Positions 1 to 10,599 of a stretch of 61,188 nt of DNA are shown here, in pieces. The position numbers were made by a program, and so were the translations under genes. Below the pieces are notes generated by a model. It ran no database searches, had not been told where the DNA came from, and saw nothing but the letters and a program-made list of their open reading frames with translations. Position 1 is the first letter of the stretch. The number at the start of each line of letters is the position of its first letter. The stretch comes from Octopus sinensis (Eukaryota), in contig NW_021832566.1 of assembly GCF_006345805.1 (NCBI RefSeq), positions 1 to 61,188 on the forward strand, read 5' to 3'.

Positions 1-168
1 TCCTTTGTTGTCATTATCAATTCTGTTCATGATGATGTGACAGGAAGGTTTCTGGTCATTCATCAATCGACGTTTATTTTTCAGCCGCAAATATTAGAGT
101 CGATTACCCGAAATATTGCCTTGTGTTCCTCTTCTTATTTCCTTTGATTCTGTGACTCTACTGATAAC

Positions 169-320
169 CTATGATCTATTACGAGCCTGAAATTGACGCG
201 ATATGTTACAGAGAACTCGGTTGTAAACACTACTATACCGTCTTTTGCCTTGGTTAACGAAGTCTTCTAATGTAGTTTTATACGCATCCAAGAAGGGATG
301 AAGCTCATCAATTTCAGAGG
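169..320 (-). CDS. Candidate terminal coding exon of an unidentified gene (ASEIDELHPFLDAYKTTLEDFVNQGKRR...RNRS*)
   Basis: Non-repetitive, protein-like 50-codon frame that starts right after a TTCACAG acceptor-like site (phase 1) and ends in TAG. I recognise no family. Confidence 0.3.
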
Positions 321-415
321 CTGTGAACACACACACACACACGCTGCGCGCGCACACACATATGCAAACCATATGTATGTGCATACATACATGCACACAC
401 ACATATGTATGTATG

Positions 416-456
<41 letters not shown>

Positions 457-485
457 ACACACATAAACACATACACAAATACGCC

Positions 486-930
486 CGGGTCCCAAATAAG
501 AGTAGGGGTTGGAATAAGCAGGTGGGTTGGACATTTGTTTAAATTCATATAAACGGGTTGGTTAGAATAAATGCGGGGGTAGGTGGAAAATCGGTAATTG
601 TATAGTGGTAACTACAAAATTTTACCATTTTCTAGGCTGTCTCTCTTGATTTTTTAAAAACCAGTTATTTACCCTCGGGTCCCAAATAATAGAGGGGTGG
701 TGTTGGAATAAGCGGATGGGTTTGAATAAACGCGGGGGTGGGTGGAAAATCGGTAATTGTATAGTGGTAACTATAAAATTTTACCATTTTCTGGGCTGTC
801 TCTCTTGATTTTTTAAAAACCAGTTATTTACCCTCGGGTCCCAAATAATAGAAGGGTGGTGTTGGAATAAGCGGGTGGGTTTGAATAAACGGGAGGGTTG
901 GAATAAACGGGGGTTGATGGGAATCAGTAA
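486..930. repeat. Tandem array of ~160-190 bp units, about 3 copies
   Basis: The motif CGGGTCCCAAATA recurs at ~486, 676 and 835, each with shared downstream sequence. Confidence 0.8.
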
Positions 931-1242
931 CTGTATAGTGTACGTACGAAAATTAGGGAAAAGCATCTTAAAGCACATATAACGACACAACAAGGCAAAA
1001 GAAATTAATAAGAGGCAAGTGAAATTAGCACATATGTGTGCTTCAAACGTTCACTTTAGTTAAGACATACATTTAGATAATAAAAATAAGACATTTGTTA
1101 ATTATGGTAAATATGGGATTTTTTTAATAAAAGCTTTGGTCTAAACAGATATTCATACAAGCAACAGATCTTAAAAAGAAAGAAAATCATCAGAGCACAA
1201 TGACAGGAGTATAATTACCATTTCGTGAACTTGCAGTATTTA

Positions 1243-1630
1243 AGAGAGAAGCACTCCGTCGGTTACGACGACGAGGGTTCCGGTTGATCCGATCAATGGA
1301 ACAGCCTGCTCGTGAAATTAACGTGTAAGTGGCTGAGCACTCCACAGACACGTGCACTCTTAACGCAGTTCTCGGGGATATTCAGCGTGACACAGAGAGT
1401 GACAGGGCCGGCCCTTTGAAAATACAGGTACAACAGAAACAGGAAGTAAGAGTGAGAGAAAGTTGTGGCGAAAGAGTACAGCAGGGATCACCACCATCCC
1501 TGCCGGAGCCTCGTGGAGCTTTTAGGTGTTTTCGCTCAATAAACACTCACAACGCCCGGTCTGGGAATCGAAACCGCGATCCTACGACCGCGAGTCAGCT
1601 GCCCTAACCACTGGGCCATTGCGCCTCCAC
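1243..1630 (-). mobile_element. Full-length tRNA-derived SINE (head X, tail A)
   Basis: tRNA-like A/B-box head. 14-bp TSD ACTTGCAGTATTTA at 1229-1242 and 1631-1644. Nearly the reverse complement of 50264-50651. Confidence 0.9.
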
Positions 1631-1761
1631 ACTTGCAGTATTTATTATATTATACATAATAAAACATAGCACTCTCTAAATAGGTATAAATCATAGACTC
1701 GTGAATTTTCGTCACTCTCCTTCTGCAGGGTCCTAAGTTTTGATATTCTCTTCTTTACGGA

Positions 1762-2075
1762 TCACCGAGCTTCACTGATAGTTGACATGAGTTTGCTTCG
1801 ATATGGCAAGAAAAGTATAGAGGTCCCGTTTTCATCCAACACCTTCTGTATTTTTTCGAGGAACGGGGCTTCTTTATTAACTAGATCATCTCTGTTGATT
1901 CTTACATGAGAGATAGAGCTTCCCGTCATGTTTGACCGATCGTACTTTGGCTCCTGCGAAACCTCCATGGGGATTTCTCCAGATGGGTCAATCACCTCCA
2001 AAAGCTTTCCAGGTGACCCGCTTTCATCTTCCGAGTCACTTTCGGCAGCTTTTTCCTCAATGCCATCACCATGCG
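1762..2075 (-). CDS. Candidate coding exon of an unidentified gene (AHGDGIEEKAAESDSEDESG...ILFLPYRSKLMSTISEAR*)
   Basis: Stop-free frame from 2163 to 1762, GC-richer than the flanks. Pyrimidine-rich TTTGCTTTCACAG acceptor-like site at 2076-2088 (phase 1). An internal CAT|GTAAGA donor-like site is also present. It could be TE-derived. Confidence 0.35.
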
Positions 2076-2199
2076 CTGTGAAAGCAAACAGAACACTCCA
2101 GGTTTTCTTCCCATTCTTGTCATAGCTTTCTTTTTTGTCATGCTGATTCGCAATTTGTGTCAGTCAAAATAATAATGAATTCCTCAGTGTTTATTGTTT

Positions 2200-2460
2200 T
2201 GGACTAATAACGGGAGTCAGTTTAATCGACTTTCCCCTTTCATTTAAATTGCTGGCCTTGTGCCTAAGCATCGGGCAACGTGCCTTGCATCATAGAGTTG
2301 TGGCCCATTATGATCTGAGTTCAATATCGCTGAGGTTAGCTTTACCTTTCATCCCTACAGGGTCGATAAAATAAAGCACCAATAATGTACTGAACCGCTT
2401 TAATCCACTTGTCTCTCCCCACAAATTGTTAGCCTTGTGCCTAAATGAGAAATCATTATT
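2200..2460 (+). mobile_element. Degenerate SINE remnants with the CCTTTCATCC...GGTCGATAAA core (Nin-domain-like)
   Basis: Same core motif as the cleaner copies at 9780-9950 and 24105-24300. Confidence 0.55.
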
Positions 2461-2534
2461 TAAAATTTGCTAGACTGTCACCCTTGATTTTTTTTAAAAC
2501 CGAGAATTAGATATTTATTTTATATATATATATA

Positions 2535-2941
2535 GGCGCAGGAGTGGCTGTGTGGTAAGTAGCTTGCTTACCAACTGCATGGTTCCGGGTTCAGTCCCAC
2601 TGCGTGGCACCTTGGGCAAGTGCCTTCTATTATAGCCTCGGGCCGACCAAAGCCTTGTGGGTGGATTTGGTAAACGGAAACTGAAAGAAGCCCGTCGTAT
2701 ATATGTATATGTATATATATGTGTGTGTTTGTGTGTCTGTGTTTGTCCCCCCCCCAACATCGCTTGACAACCGATGCTGGTGTGTTTATGACCCTGTAAC
2801 TTAGCGGTTCAGCATAAGAGACCGATAGAATAAGTACCAGGCTTACAAAGAATAAGTCCTGGGGTCGATTTGGTCGACTAAAGGTGGTGCTCCAGCATGG
2901 CCGCAGTCAAATGACTGAAACAAGTAAAAGAGTAAAAGAGT
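2535..2941 (+). mobile_element. tRNA-derived SINE with internal (TA/TG)n and a (GAGTAAAA)n tail (family Z)
   Basis: tRNA-like head GGCGCAGGAGTGGCTGTGTGGTAAG. 3' end CAGTCAAATGACTGAAACAAGTAAAAGAG is shared with many partial copies in the window. Confidence 0.9.
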
Positions 2942-2974
2942 ATATATATATATATAGATCCTATTTATATTATA

Positions 2975-3085
2975 GTGATGGCCTAGTGGTTAGAGCAGCG
3001 GACTCGCGGTCGAGGGGTGCAGGTTCGAATCTCAGACCGTGCGATGTGTGTGTTTATGAGCGAAACGCTTAAACTCCACGCCGGC
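2975..3085 (+). mobile_element. Truncated SINE head X
   Basis: TGGCCTAGTGGTTAGAGCAGCGGACTCGCGGTCG...GGTTCGAATC matches the head at 24303. Confidence 0.75.
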
Positions 3086-3159
3086 AAGAGTAAAGAGTAA
3101 AGAGAATATATATATATATAAACTTACTTGGAAATGGATGTATGGCGTTCAATCAAATA

Positions 3160-3180
3160 ATAATATATATATATTGTTTA

Positions 3181-3215
<35 letters not shown>

Positions 3216-3364
3216 GATTATTATGATTATTATTATTATATTATTATATTTTCTTATTTATATTATATATATTATTATTATTATTAATTATTATTATTAT
3301 ATTATTATATTATTATTATTATATTATTATTATTATCGTTATTATTATTATTGTATTATTATTA

Positions 3365-3397
<33 letters not shown>

Positions 3398-3445
3398 CAT
3401 TATTATTATATTATTATTATTATTATTATCATTATTATGTATATA
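3160..3445. repeat. (TAT)n microsatellite
   Basis: Direct inspection. Confidence 0.95.
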
Positions 3446-3834
3446 TATATGTGCATACATAATTAAGGATAAAATCAATTAATGATCTTATCCAGCATGT
3501 AAAAAGCCATATAGGTAAACATTAATATAAATATATAATTATGTAGATATAATTATAATTAAGGGACTGAAAAACAACACCTACACGCTAGAAACAGACG
3601 TCAAAAGACTCTTAAAAAACCACTGATGTGCTAATGGGAAATTTAAAGTGTTTTTATTTAAAGTCTTTTGACGTCTGTCTCTAGCGTGTAGGTGTTGTTT
3701 TTCAATCCCCTTAATTATAATTATATCTATATAATTATATATTTATATTAATGTTTACCTATATGTCTTTTTACATGCTGGCCACTGATAAGATCATTGA
3801 TTGATTTTATCCTTAATTATGTATGCATATATAT
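3446..3834. repeat. Long palindrome with ~170-bp arms and ~40-bp spacer; probable Penelope-like non-autonomous end structure
   Basis: The arms are reverse complements, e.g. CAACACCTACACGCTAGA...GACGTCAAAAGAC versus GTCTTTTGACGTC...TCTAGCGTGTAGGTGTTG. Related single arms lie at ~4125-4250 and ~31500-31640. Confidence 0.8.
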
Positions 3835-4020
3835 TTATTCATTCATTCCAATCCTGATATTATCTTGATCAAATTCGCACGTTGTTGCGATGAATAATTG
3901 AATTTGCCTCGAATATAAGTGTGGATATATGTATATATTTGTATATATACGAATGCATTTGTATGGATATATATATATATATATATATATTCATTTATTT
4001 ATTTATGTATTTCTAGTATA

Positions 4021-4074
4021 TTCTACTGAAGACGGTAATTTGTATTACTAAACCAGAAATCGGACGATATAGAA
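4021..4074 (+). ncRNA. Minimal type I hammerhead ribozyme-like motif
   Basis: TTCTA-CTGAAGA-stem II (GGT/ACC)-GAAA-TCG/CGA-TA-TAGAA. The core is canonical, stems I and III pair, and stem II has a basal mismatch. Confidence 0.65.
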
Positions 4075-4419
4075 TTAACCTCAAAATTTTACTAAATCCA
4101 TTTTATTCATTTGCCCGCTTACAGCCCTGTGCTAATGGAATGAAATTTAAAGTGACTTTTTAGAGTCTTTTGACATCTATCTTTAGCGTGTAGCTGGTGT
4201 TTCTCAGGACCCTTAATTAATGATTATATCTATATGACTATATCTATATAATGATATATATATAATGTAAAGTATAGAAGCCATCTTATCATGGCTAACC
4301 ACATTGGGGAGGGGGTGTTACTGTAGCTTTATAGCCCCAAGAGATCTTCGTCTCCAGCTGGCTTTAGACACAATATCAGTGTCCTTGGTTTATTTGCAAT
4401 ATATATATATATATATATA

Positions 4420-4620
4420 TATGGAAAAACGTTAAGATAGAAAATGCTAACATAATTTTATAAAAAACATTTCAGTACCGGTTTCAGTCTTTGAAACTTT
4501 TTCAACTGTAAGTGTGGAAAAACAATTAAATTTTGGAAAAATTAAAAGAAAGGTTTTTTTTAAAAGAATATTTGCATAGTGTTCAAATACAAGTGGCATT
4601 TACCTTGTTTCTCCCTGTTT
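4420..4620 (-). mobile_element. Non-coding interspersed repeat with a hammerhead-like variant motif (second copy at 35890-36090)
   Basis: The two copies align by eye. On the minus strand: CAG-TTGAAAA-AGT..ACT-GAAA-CCGG-TA-CTG. Confidence 0.55.
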
Positions 4621-4720
4621 CGCTCTCTCTCTCTCTCTTGTTTACTCTTGTAGGTTCGAGGTCGTTGTGAATTCTTGGTAGGTAAGAAGTAGAAGGGGGA
4701 GGAGGAGAAGAAGAAGAAGA

Positions 4721-4774
<54 letters not shown>

Positions 4775-4794
4775 GTATATATATATATATATAT

Positions 4795-4975
4795 ATAGGG
4801 AGAATTTACTAAAAAAAACAAAAGACGAAGACAGGTGGTGTACAAAACAAACAGATGTATTAGTATAACGCTCAAGAATAGAAAAAGTCTTTTACGTTTC
4901 GAGCCTACGCTCTTCTACAGAAAGGGACACAGAAAAAACAAGGAGAGAAAAAATGTGTGTAGTGGCTAACGATCT
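4795..4975 (-). mobile_element. Penelope-like non-coding repeat with a hammerhead-like motif at 4889-4924 (plus-strand copy at ~17000-17280)
   Basis: CTTT-CTGTAGA-A-GAGC/GCTC-GAAACGTA-AAAG. The sequence following it is the reverse complement of 17186-17270. Confidence 0.6.
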
Positions 4976-5499
4976 ATCATGGCGACTAGTGCCGGACAGA
5001 AGGGTCAAATACGAGAAGGAAAGTAGGGGAGATAACAAGGTAAATATAACCCCCAACACAAAGGTGCGTGTGTGTATAAGAGAGTATGTATGTGCGTGCG
5101 AAAGAGGGCTGGTGGTCTGGACGTGTGCGTGTATGTATGTGTAGATGTGAAGATGTGGGGATAGGTGTGTCAGTGGTGTGTTGTGATGTGATGTGTAATG
5201 TTGTATGGTGTAGTGTGGTGTGGTGTGATGTTGTTGGAGGTGGGGGAGGCGAGAGTGGGGAAAGCACGGGTGGGGTGTGGGATGCAAAGGATAGGGAAGG
5301 TGGACTAGGGATGTGTAGGGATGGGTGGGTTTATGGGGGAGGGGAAGGTGTATATATGAGGAGAGAGAGGAGGAGAGAAGAGAGAAAGAGAGGGTGAAAG
5401 AGTAGGAGAGAAGAGAGAAAGAGAATAAGAGAGGAGAGAAAAAGAGAGTAAGAGAGAAGAGAGAAGAGAGGAAATATCTATATATGTGTACTGTGTATA

Positions 5500-7111
5500 T
5501 CTATATATATAAAACTGAGAATGTGTGTGTGTGTCTGTCTGTCTGTCTGTGTAATTCCCTAAAACTTGAGAACTACTCAACCAATTTCATTCAAATTTTA
5601 CACATGCTTTACATAGGATCTAGGGAGTGTCATGGGCATAAAAATCTTTAACTTTTTGCCCAAGGCGAGCCCACAGCAATATCATATCTTCTCCACTATG
5701 AATCCCTAAAACTTGAGAACTACACAACCAATTTCATTCAAATTTTACACATGCCTTACTTAGGGTCCATTTAGTGTCACGGGCGAAAAATTTCTAACTT
5801 CTTGCCTAGGGCGAGCCCACAGCAATATCATATCTTCTCCACTATTTTAGTATTATGTGTTAAAAGTGAAACAAAAACATTTCTCTATTGTAATGTCACA
5901 TACTTTCACTTTAATACTGAAACTATTAAAGTTAAACTATTATATAAGAGGGATGAACCATTAACAGTGGACATCCACTTTCCTAGAAGATCCGCTTTGG
6001 TCTTATATGCTACACCACTGGTTTTCAATTCATATTAATCAAATTAATATTCAATTTCTAACCCTTATTATTTTAAATTTAAATTTAAACCCAGGACCAT
6101 GTGTTTTGGAACGAAGTTTGTTACCACACAGCCACACCTGCACCTATGTATGTGTGTGTATGTGTGCATAGCAGTATATTTATATATTTATTTCTATACA
6201 TATTGATGTATATGTATGTGTAGATGTATATATATATATAGATGTACATGTAATATGTATACATATATATTCACATATATGTACATGCATACATATATAC
6301 ACCCATACACACATACACGCACACACATACACATACACAATCGACTAAGCGGTTCGCCAAACGAGATCGATAAAATGACTTAAAGGTTCGACAAACGATC
6401 GATTAAATGACTAGTGGTTCGACAAAAATGATCGACTTGGCGGTTCACCAAACGAGATCGAAAAAATGACATAGCCGTTCGACAAACGGGATAGATAAAA
6501 TGACTCAGCGTTTCGCCAAACATGATTGATAAAATGACTTTGCGTTTCGCCAACCGTGATCGATAAAATGACTTAGCTCTGCGCCAAACGAGATCGATAA
6601 AATGACTTAGCGGTTCGCCAAACGAGATCGATAAAATACCATAGCGGTTCGCCAAACATGATTGATAAAATGACTTAACGTTTCGCCAACCATTTTCGAT
6701 AAAATGACATAGCAATTCGCCAAACGAAGTCGATAAAGAGACTTAGCGTTTCGCAAACAAGATCGATAAATTGACTTAGCCTTTCGCCAACCGATAAAAT
6801 GACTTAGCGGTTCGACAAAGAAGATCGATTAAATGACTTAGCGGTTCGCCAAATGAGATCGATAAAATGACTTAGCATTTCGGCAAACTTGATCGATAAA
6901 ATGACGTAGCTGTTCGTCAAACGAGATCGATAAAATTACTTAGCTTGCCAAACGAGTTCGATAAAATGTTCTAGCGTTTCGCCAAACGAGATCGATAAAC
7001 TGACTTAGCAGTTCGCTAAACAAGATATTCCAGTTCATTAGAGAAAATATAACAGAAAAGTCTAATTCTTCAATTGCATGTAACACCGGCAACGCCGGGT
7101 ATCTCTGCTAT
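5500..7111 (+). mobile_element. Non-autonomous Helitron-like element with nested cargo
   Basis: 5' TCTATATATATAAAACTGAGA followed by (CTGT)n. Internal ~135-bp tandem duplication at 5555-5840. 3' hairpin CCGGCAACGCCGG followed by CTATT (CTAG-like). That both ends belong to one element is an inference. Confidence 0.5.
6340..7030 (+). repeat. 34-bp minisatellite, about 20 diverged copies, consensus GACTTAGCGGTTCGCCAAACGAGATCGATAAAAT
   Basis: Head-to-tail units without spacers, visible directly. Confidence 0.9.
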
Positions 7112-7582
7112 TATATATGTGTGTATGTTTATGTTTCTCCCCTCCACCCTTTGACAACTGGTGTTTGTGTGTTTACGTCCCAATAATTTTGCAGATCGGC
7201 AAAGAGGTCGATAGAAAAAGTAGTAGGTTTGAAAAAACAGAAGTCCTCAGATCGATTTGTTCCACTAAAACCCATTAAGGCGACAGAAGAAACATACATA
7301 CATGCATATATGCATGTGTTCGTGAGAGACTGAGTATATATGCACATGTAGCTGGGTGAGAGGTTCTTGGAACCTCTAAACTGCAAGTCGTTAAGTTATC
7401 AGAGACCACTGTTTTCTCTGTAGCCAAGTCACTTCGTCCACACTGATGAAAAGCATTACACTCGTGTGCAAAGTTGTAAAAGTATATCTCCTAAATCTCT
7501 CTCTCTATCTCTATGTCTCTGTCTCTCTCTATCTCTCTCTCTTTTTCTCTTACTCTCTCTCCTCTCTCTCTCCCCCTCTCTC

Positions 7583-7618
<36 letters not shown>

Positions 7619-7975
7619 GCTCTTATCGGTCGTGTCATTGTTTGCTCCGCAGTGAAAGATTGTTTTTGTGCTGAAAATTGTGAAAATTTGTTGTTTTGGT
7701 CGTCGAGACCACTTCTTTTCTGCTGTTGCAGCAGAGTTTTGCTGTTCTTTCCCTCTTGTTTCAAGGGGGAAGCGACGAAAAACATGAATTTGCCACCAAT
7801 TTCTTCCGAGTCCGAGGAAAACTTTGAATATTTGTTTGAAGGCATGAAGGCGAATATGTGAGAGGAGAAAGGTAAAAGTATAGAGGCGTCTCACGCGCTT
7901 GTTACAAAAGCAGACGACAAGATGTCTAGCGAGGCTAAACAAGAGGAAAAATCAAAAATAAATTTTGCGCCGATA

Positions 7976-8496
7976 TAGGCAGTGGCTCTCGTGGCTTCTG
8001 ATCTTAACTGATTGGAAGTGTTGTCATGAACATTGTTTTAAACGATGGGCTACAGTAAATATTCTGCTCAATACCACAGGATTTGCTTGTCAGTTGTTTG
8101 ATTTTAACCAGTTGAGCATGTCCCTTAGTGGCTGACGATATGTGCATCTTTGATCATGAGCAGAAGTAGTGGGGGAGCATCATAGCCATGTGTTGAGAGG
8201 GATTCTTTGGGGTTTGAATAATTCATCTCTGGAAACATGGGTGTTTCGTTCTATACCCTTACTCAGGGACCTTTTGAGCAGGATGGGCTACTCGACCAGA
8301 AGAAAATTCTAACTGGGCCCCACCTGCAAGGTCATGCGCTGTTTATCTTGATATGAGATCACCATGTCGCGCACATATGGTTATGATGCATGTGCCTGGT
8401 GTACCCTTATCAGACGGGTAGTCATGATGGGTATACTGGGCTTCGTATATGTTATCCCAGTGTCACTTTCATGGCATGCACTGGTCTTTCACTCAA
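7976..8496 (+). mobile_element. ~550-bp non-coding interspersed element, copy 1 of 3, with a (CAA/TAA)n tail
   Basis: Nearly identical to 44188-44739 and 46826-47267. All three end at TCACTCAA followed by a trinucleotide tract. Confidence 0.85.
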
Positions 8497-8574
8497 CAAC
8501 AACAACAACAATAATAATAATATATGTAGAACTCCAAGAAAACATTATGATAACTACATAAATGATAAAAAATA

Positions 8575-9310
8575 TAGTCAAGAAGATTCCCCGAATAGGG
8601 TCCAAGGATATTGGATGAAGGAGTTGAGAGGACTCCATGAAAGGGTAGCACAACAGCTAGATGAGTACTTGCAGGAAGGCGCAGTACCCAGCTGGATGAC
8701 AAAGGGTAAGACATTGTTATGTGCCAAAGATGCTAAAAAGGAAAATGTTGCATCCAGCTTTAGACCAATAATATGCCTTCCGCTAAAGTGGAAACTAATG
8801 TCAGGTGCTCTGGCCGGTGAACTGTTCAGATACTTGGAAAAAAGTGGACTGCTACCCACTGAACAGAAAGGGTGCTGAAAAAGGAGCTGGGGGAACGAAG
8901 GATCAGCTCTTAATTGATAATCTAATTATCAGGAACTGCAAGAGAAGACATACAAACCTGAGCATGGCATGGATTGACTATCGCAAAGCATGCGATATGA
9001 CACTACACTCCTGGATAATAAGAACAGTAGAAATGTGTGGAGTAGCAGAAAATATGAGAATCCTTATATGGAATAGCATGAAATACTGGAGAACGGAATT
9101 GATAGCAAGAAAGCAAGTACTAGGAGATATGAAAATCAAGAGAAGCATCTTCCAGGGGAACAGTGTGGCCACACTAATATTCGTGCTGGGATTGGTCCTC
9201 TTCAGTGAAATACTATAGAAAACAGGAGTATGATCTGGGAAGAGATAAGGGAAAAACTAAACTGCTTACTATACATGAACGACCTGAAGCTAAATGGTAA
9301 ATAATATGCT
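8575..9310 (+). pseudogene. R4/Dong-clade reverse transcriptase fragment
   Basis: [35 protein letters not shown] and LLYMNDLKL motifs, interrupted by stops and frameshifts. Confidence 0.85.
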
Positions 9311-9950
9311 GGAACTTATTGCATCGATTGCGAAAGGATGAAAGGCAAAGTTGGCTCCGCCGGAATTTTAACTCAGAACATAAAGACGGAAGAAATGTCG
9401 ATAGGTATTTTGCCAAGCTTACGACGCTAACGATTCTGCCACCTCGTCGCCCACACACACACACACACACTCTCTCTCTCACACAGGCACACACACGCGC
9501 GCGCACACACACACGCATATACTCATTTCTACTCTAGACACAAGACCCCAAATTTTTGGGGAGGGAGCCAGTCGATTAGTACTGGTACAAAACTGGTACT
9601 TAATTTATCGTCACCGAAAGGATGAAAGGCCAAGTCGAACACGGCGGAATTTGAACTCAGAACGTAAAGACCTATTTCTTTACTACCCACAATGGTCTAA
9701 ATACAGACGAAATACCTATTTCTTTACTACCCACAAGGGACTAAATACAGAAGGGATAAACAAAGACAGGCAAACGGATTAAGTCAATTACATCGACTCC
9801 AGTGCGTAACCGGTACTTAATTTATCGACCCCGAAAGGATGAAAGGTAAAGTCGACCTCGGCAGAATTTGAACACAGAACGTAACGGCAGACGAAATACC
9901 GCAAAGCATTTCGCCCGGCGTGCCAACGCTTCTGACAGATCGCCGCCTTC
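9310..9950 (-). mobile_element. Three Nin-domain-like tRNA SINE pieces (~9310-9430, 9535-9670, 9780-9950)
   Basis: Repeated GAAAGGATGAAAGG...GGAATTTGAACTCAGAAC blocks. Confidence 0.8.
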
Positions 9951-10064
9951 ACACACGTATATATTAATCTCAAAACTCAATATGTTACCATGTTTTAAAC
10001 TACGATATTTTAGAAGTTAAATGTATTCTTATGAACGCTTAAGCACCACATCATACATTTCTAT

Positions 10065-10155
<91 letters not shown>

Positions 10156-10446
10156 CCTAACTGTCTCTACTATATATGCGTATGTGTGTGTGTGTTCGTG
10201 TGTCTATGTATGAACATCAGTATGTGAGTATATGTGTGTATACACACACATATGCGCATTGTGTGTGCGTGTGTATGTATATATATATATACATTAGTAG
10301 AATAAAAAATAGAAAGTTTTTGGTACAATAATATACATTTGAAAGAATGAATAGAAAAGTCTTTTATGATAATTTTTCCACTTTAATTATCAGTTATTAA
10401 AGTGGAAAAATTATCAGAAAAACATTTTCTATTCGTTTTTCAATTA

Positions 10447-10508
<62 letters not shown>

Positions 10509-10526
10509 TGTATGTATGTATGTATG

Positions 10527-10591
<65 letters not shown>

Positions 10592-10599
10592 GTGTATAT

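Noticed and set aside
6340-7030. CRISPR-like array of ~34-bp repeats
   Set aside because: The units are contiguous with no unique spacers, no cas genes are present, the context is eukaryotic, and the unit matches a SINE segment.
7456-7942. Overlapping 129-131 aa ORFs on both strands
   Set aside because: Their length depends on the (CT)n tract, and no frame gives a recognisable protein.
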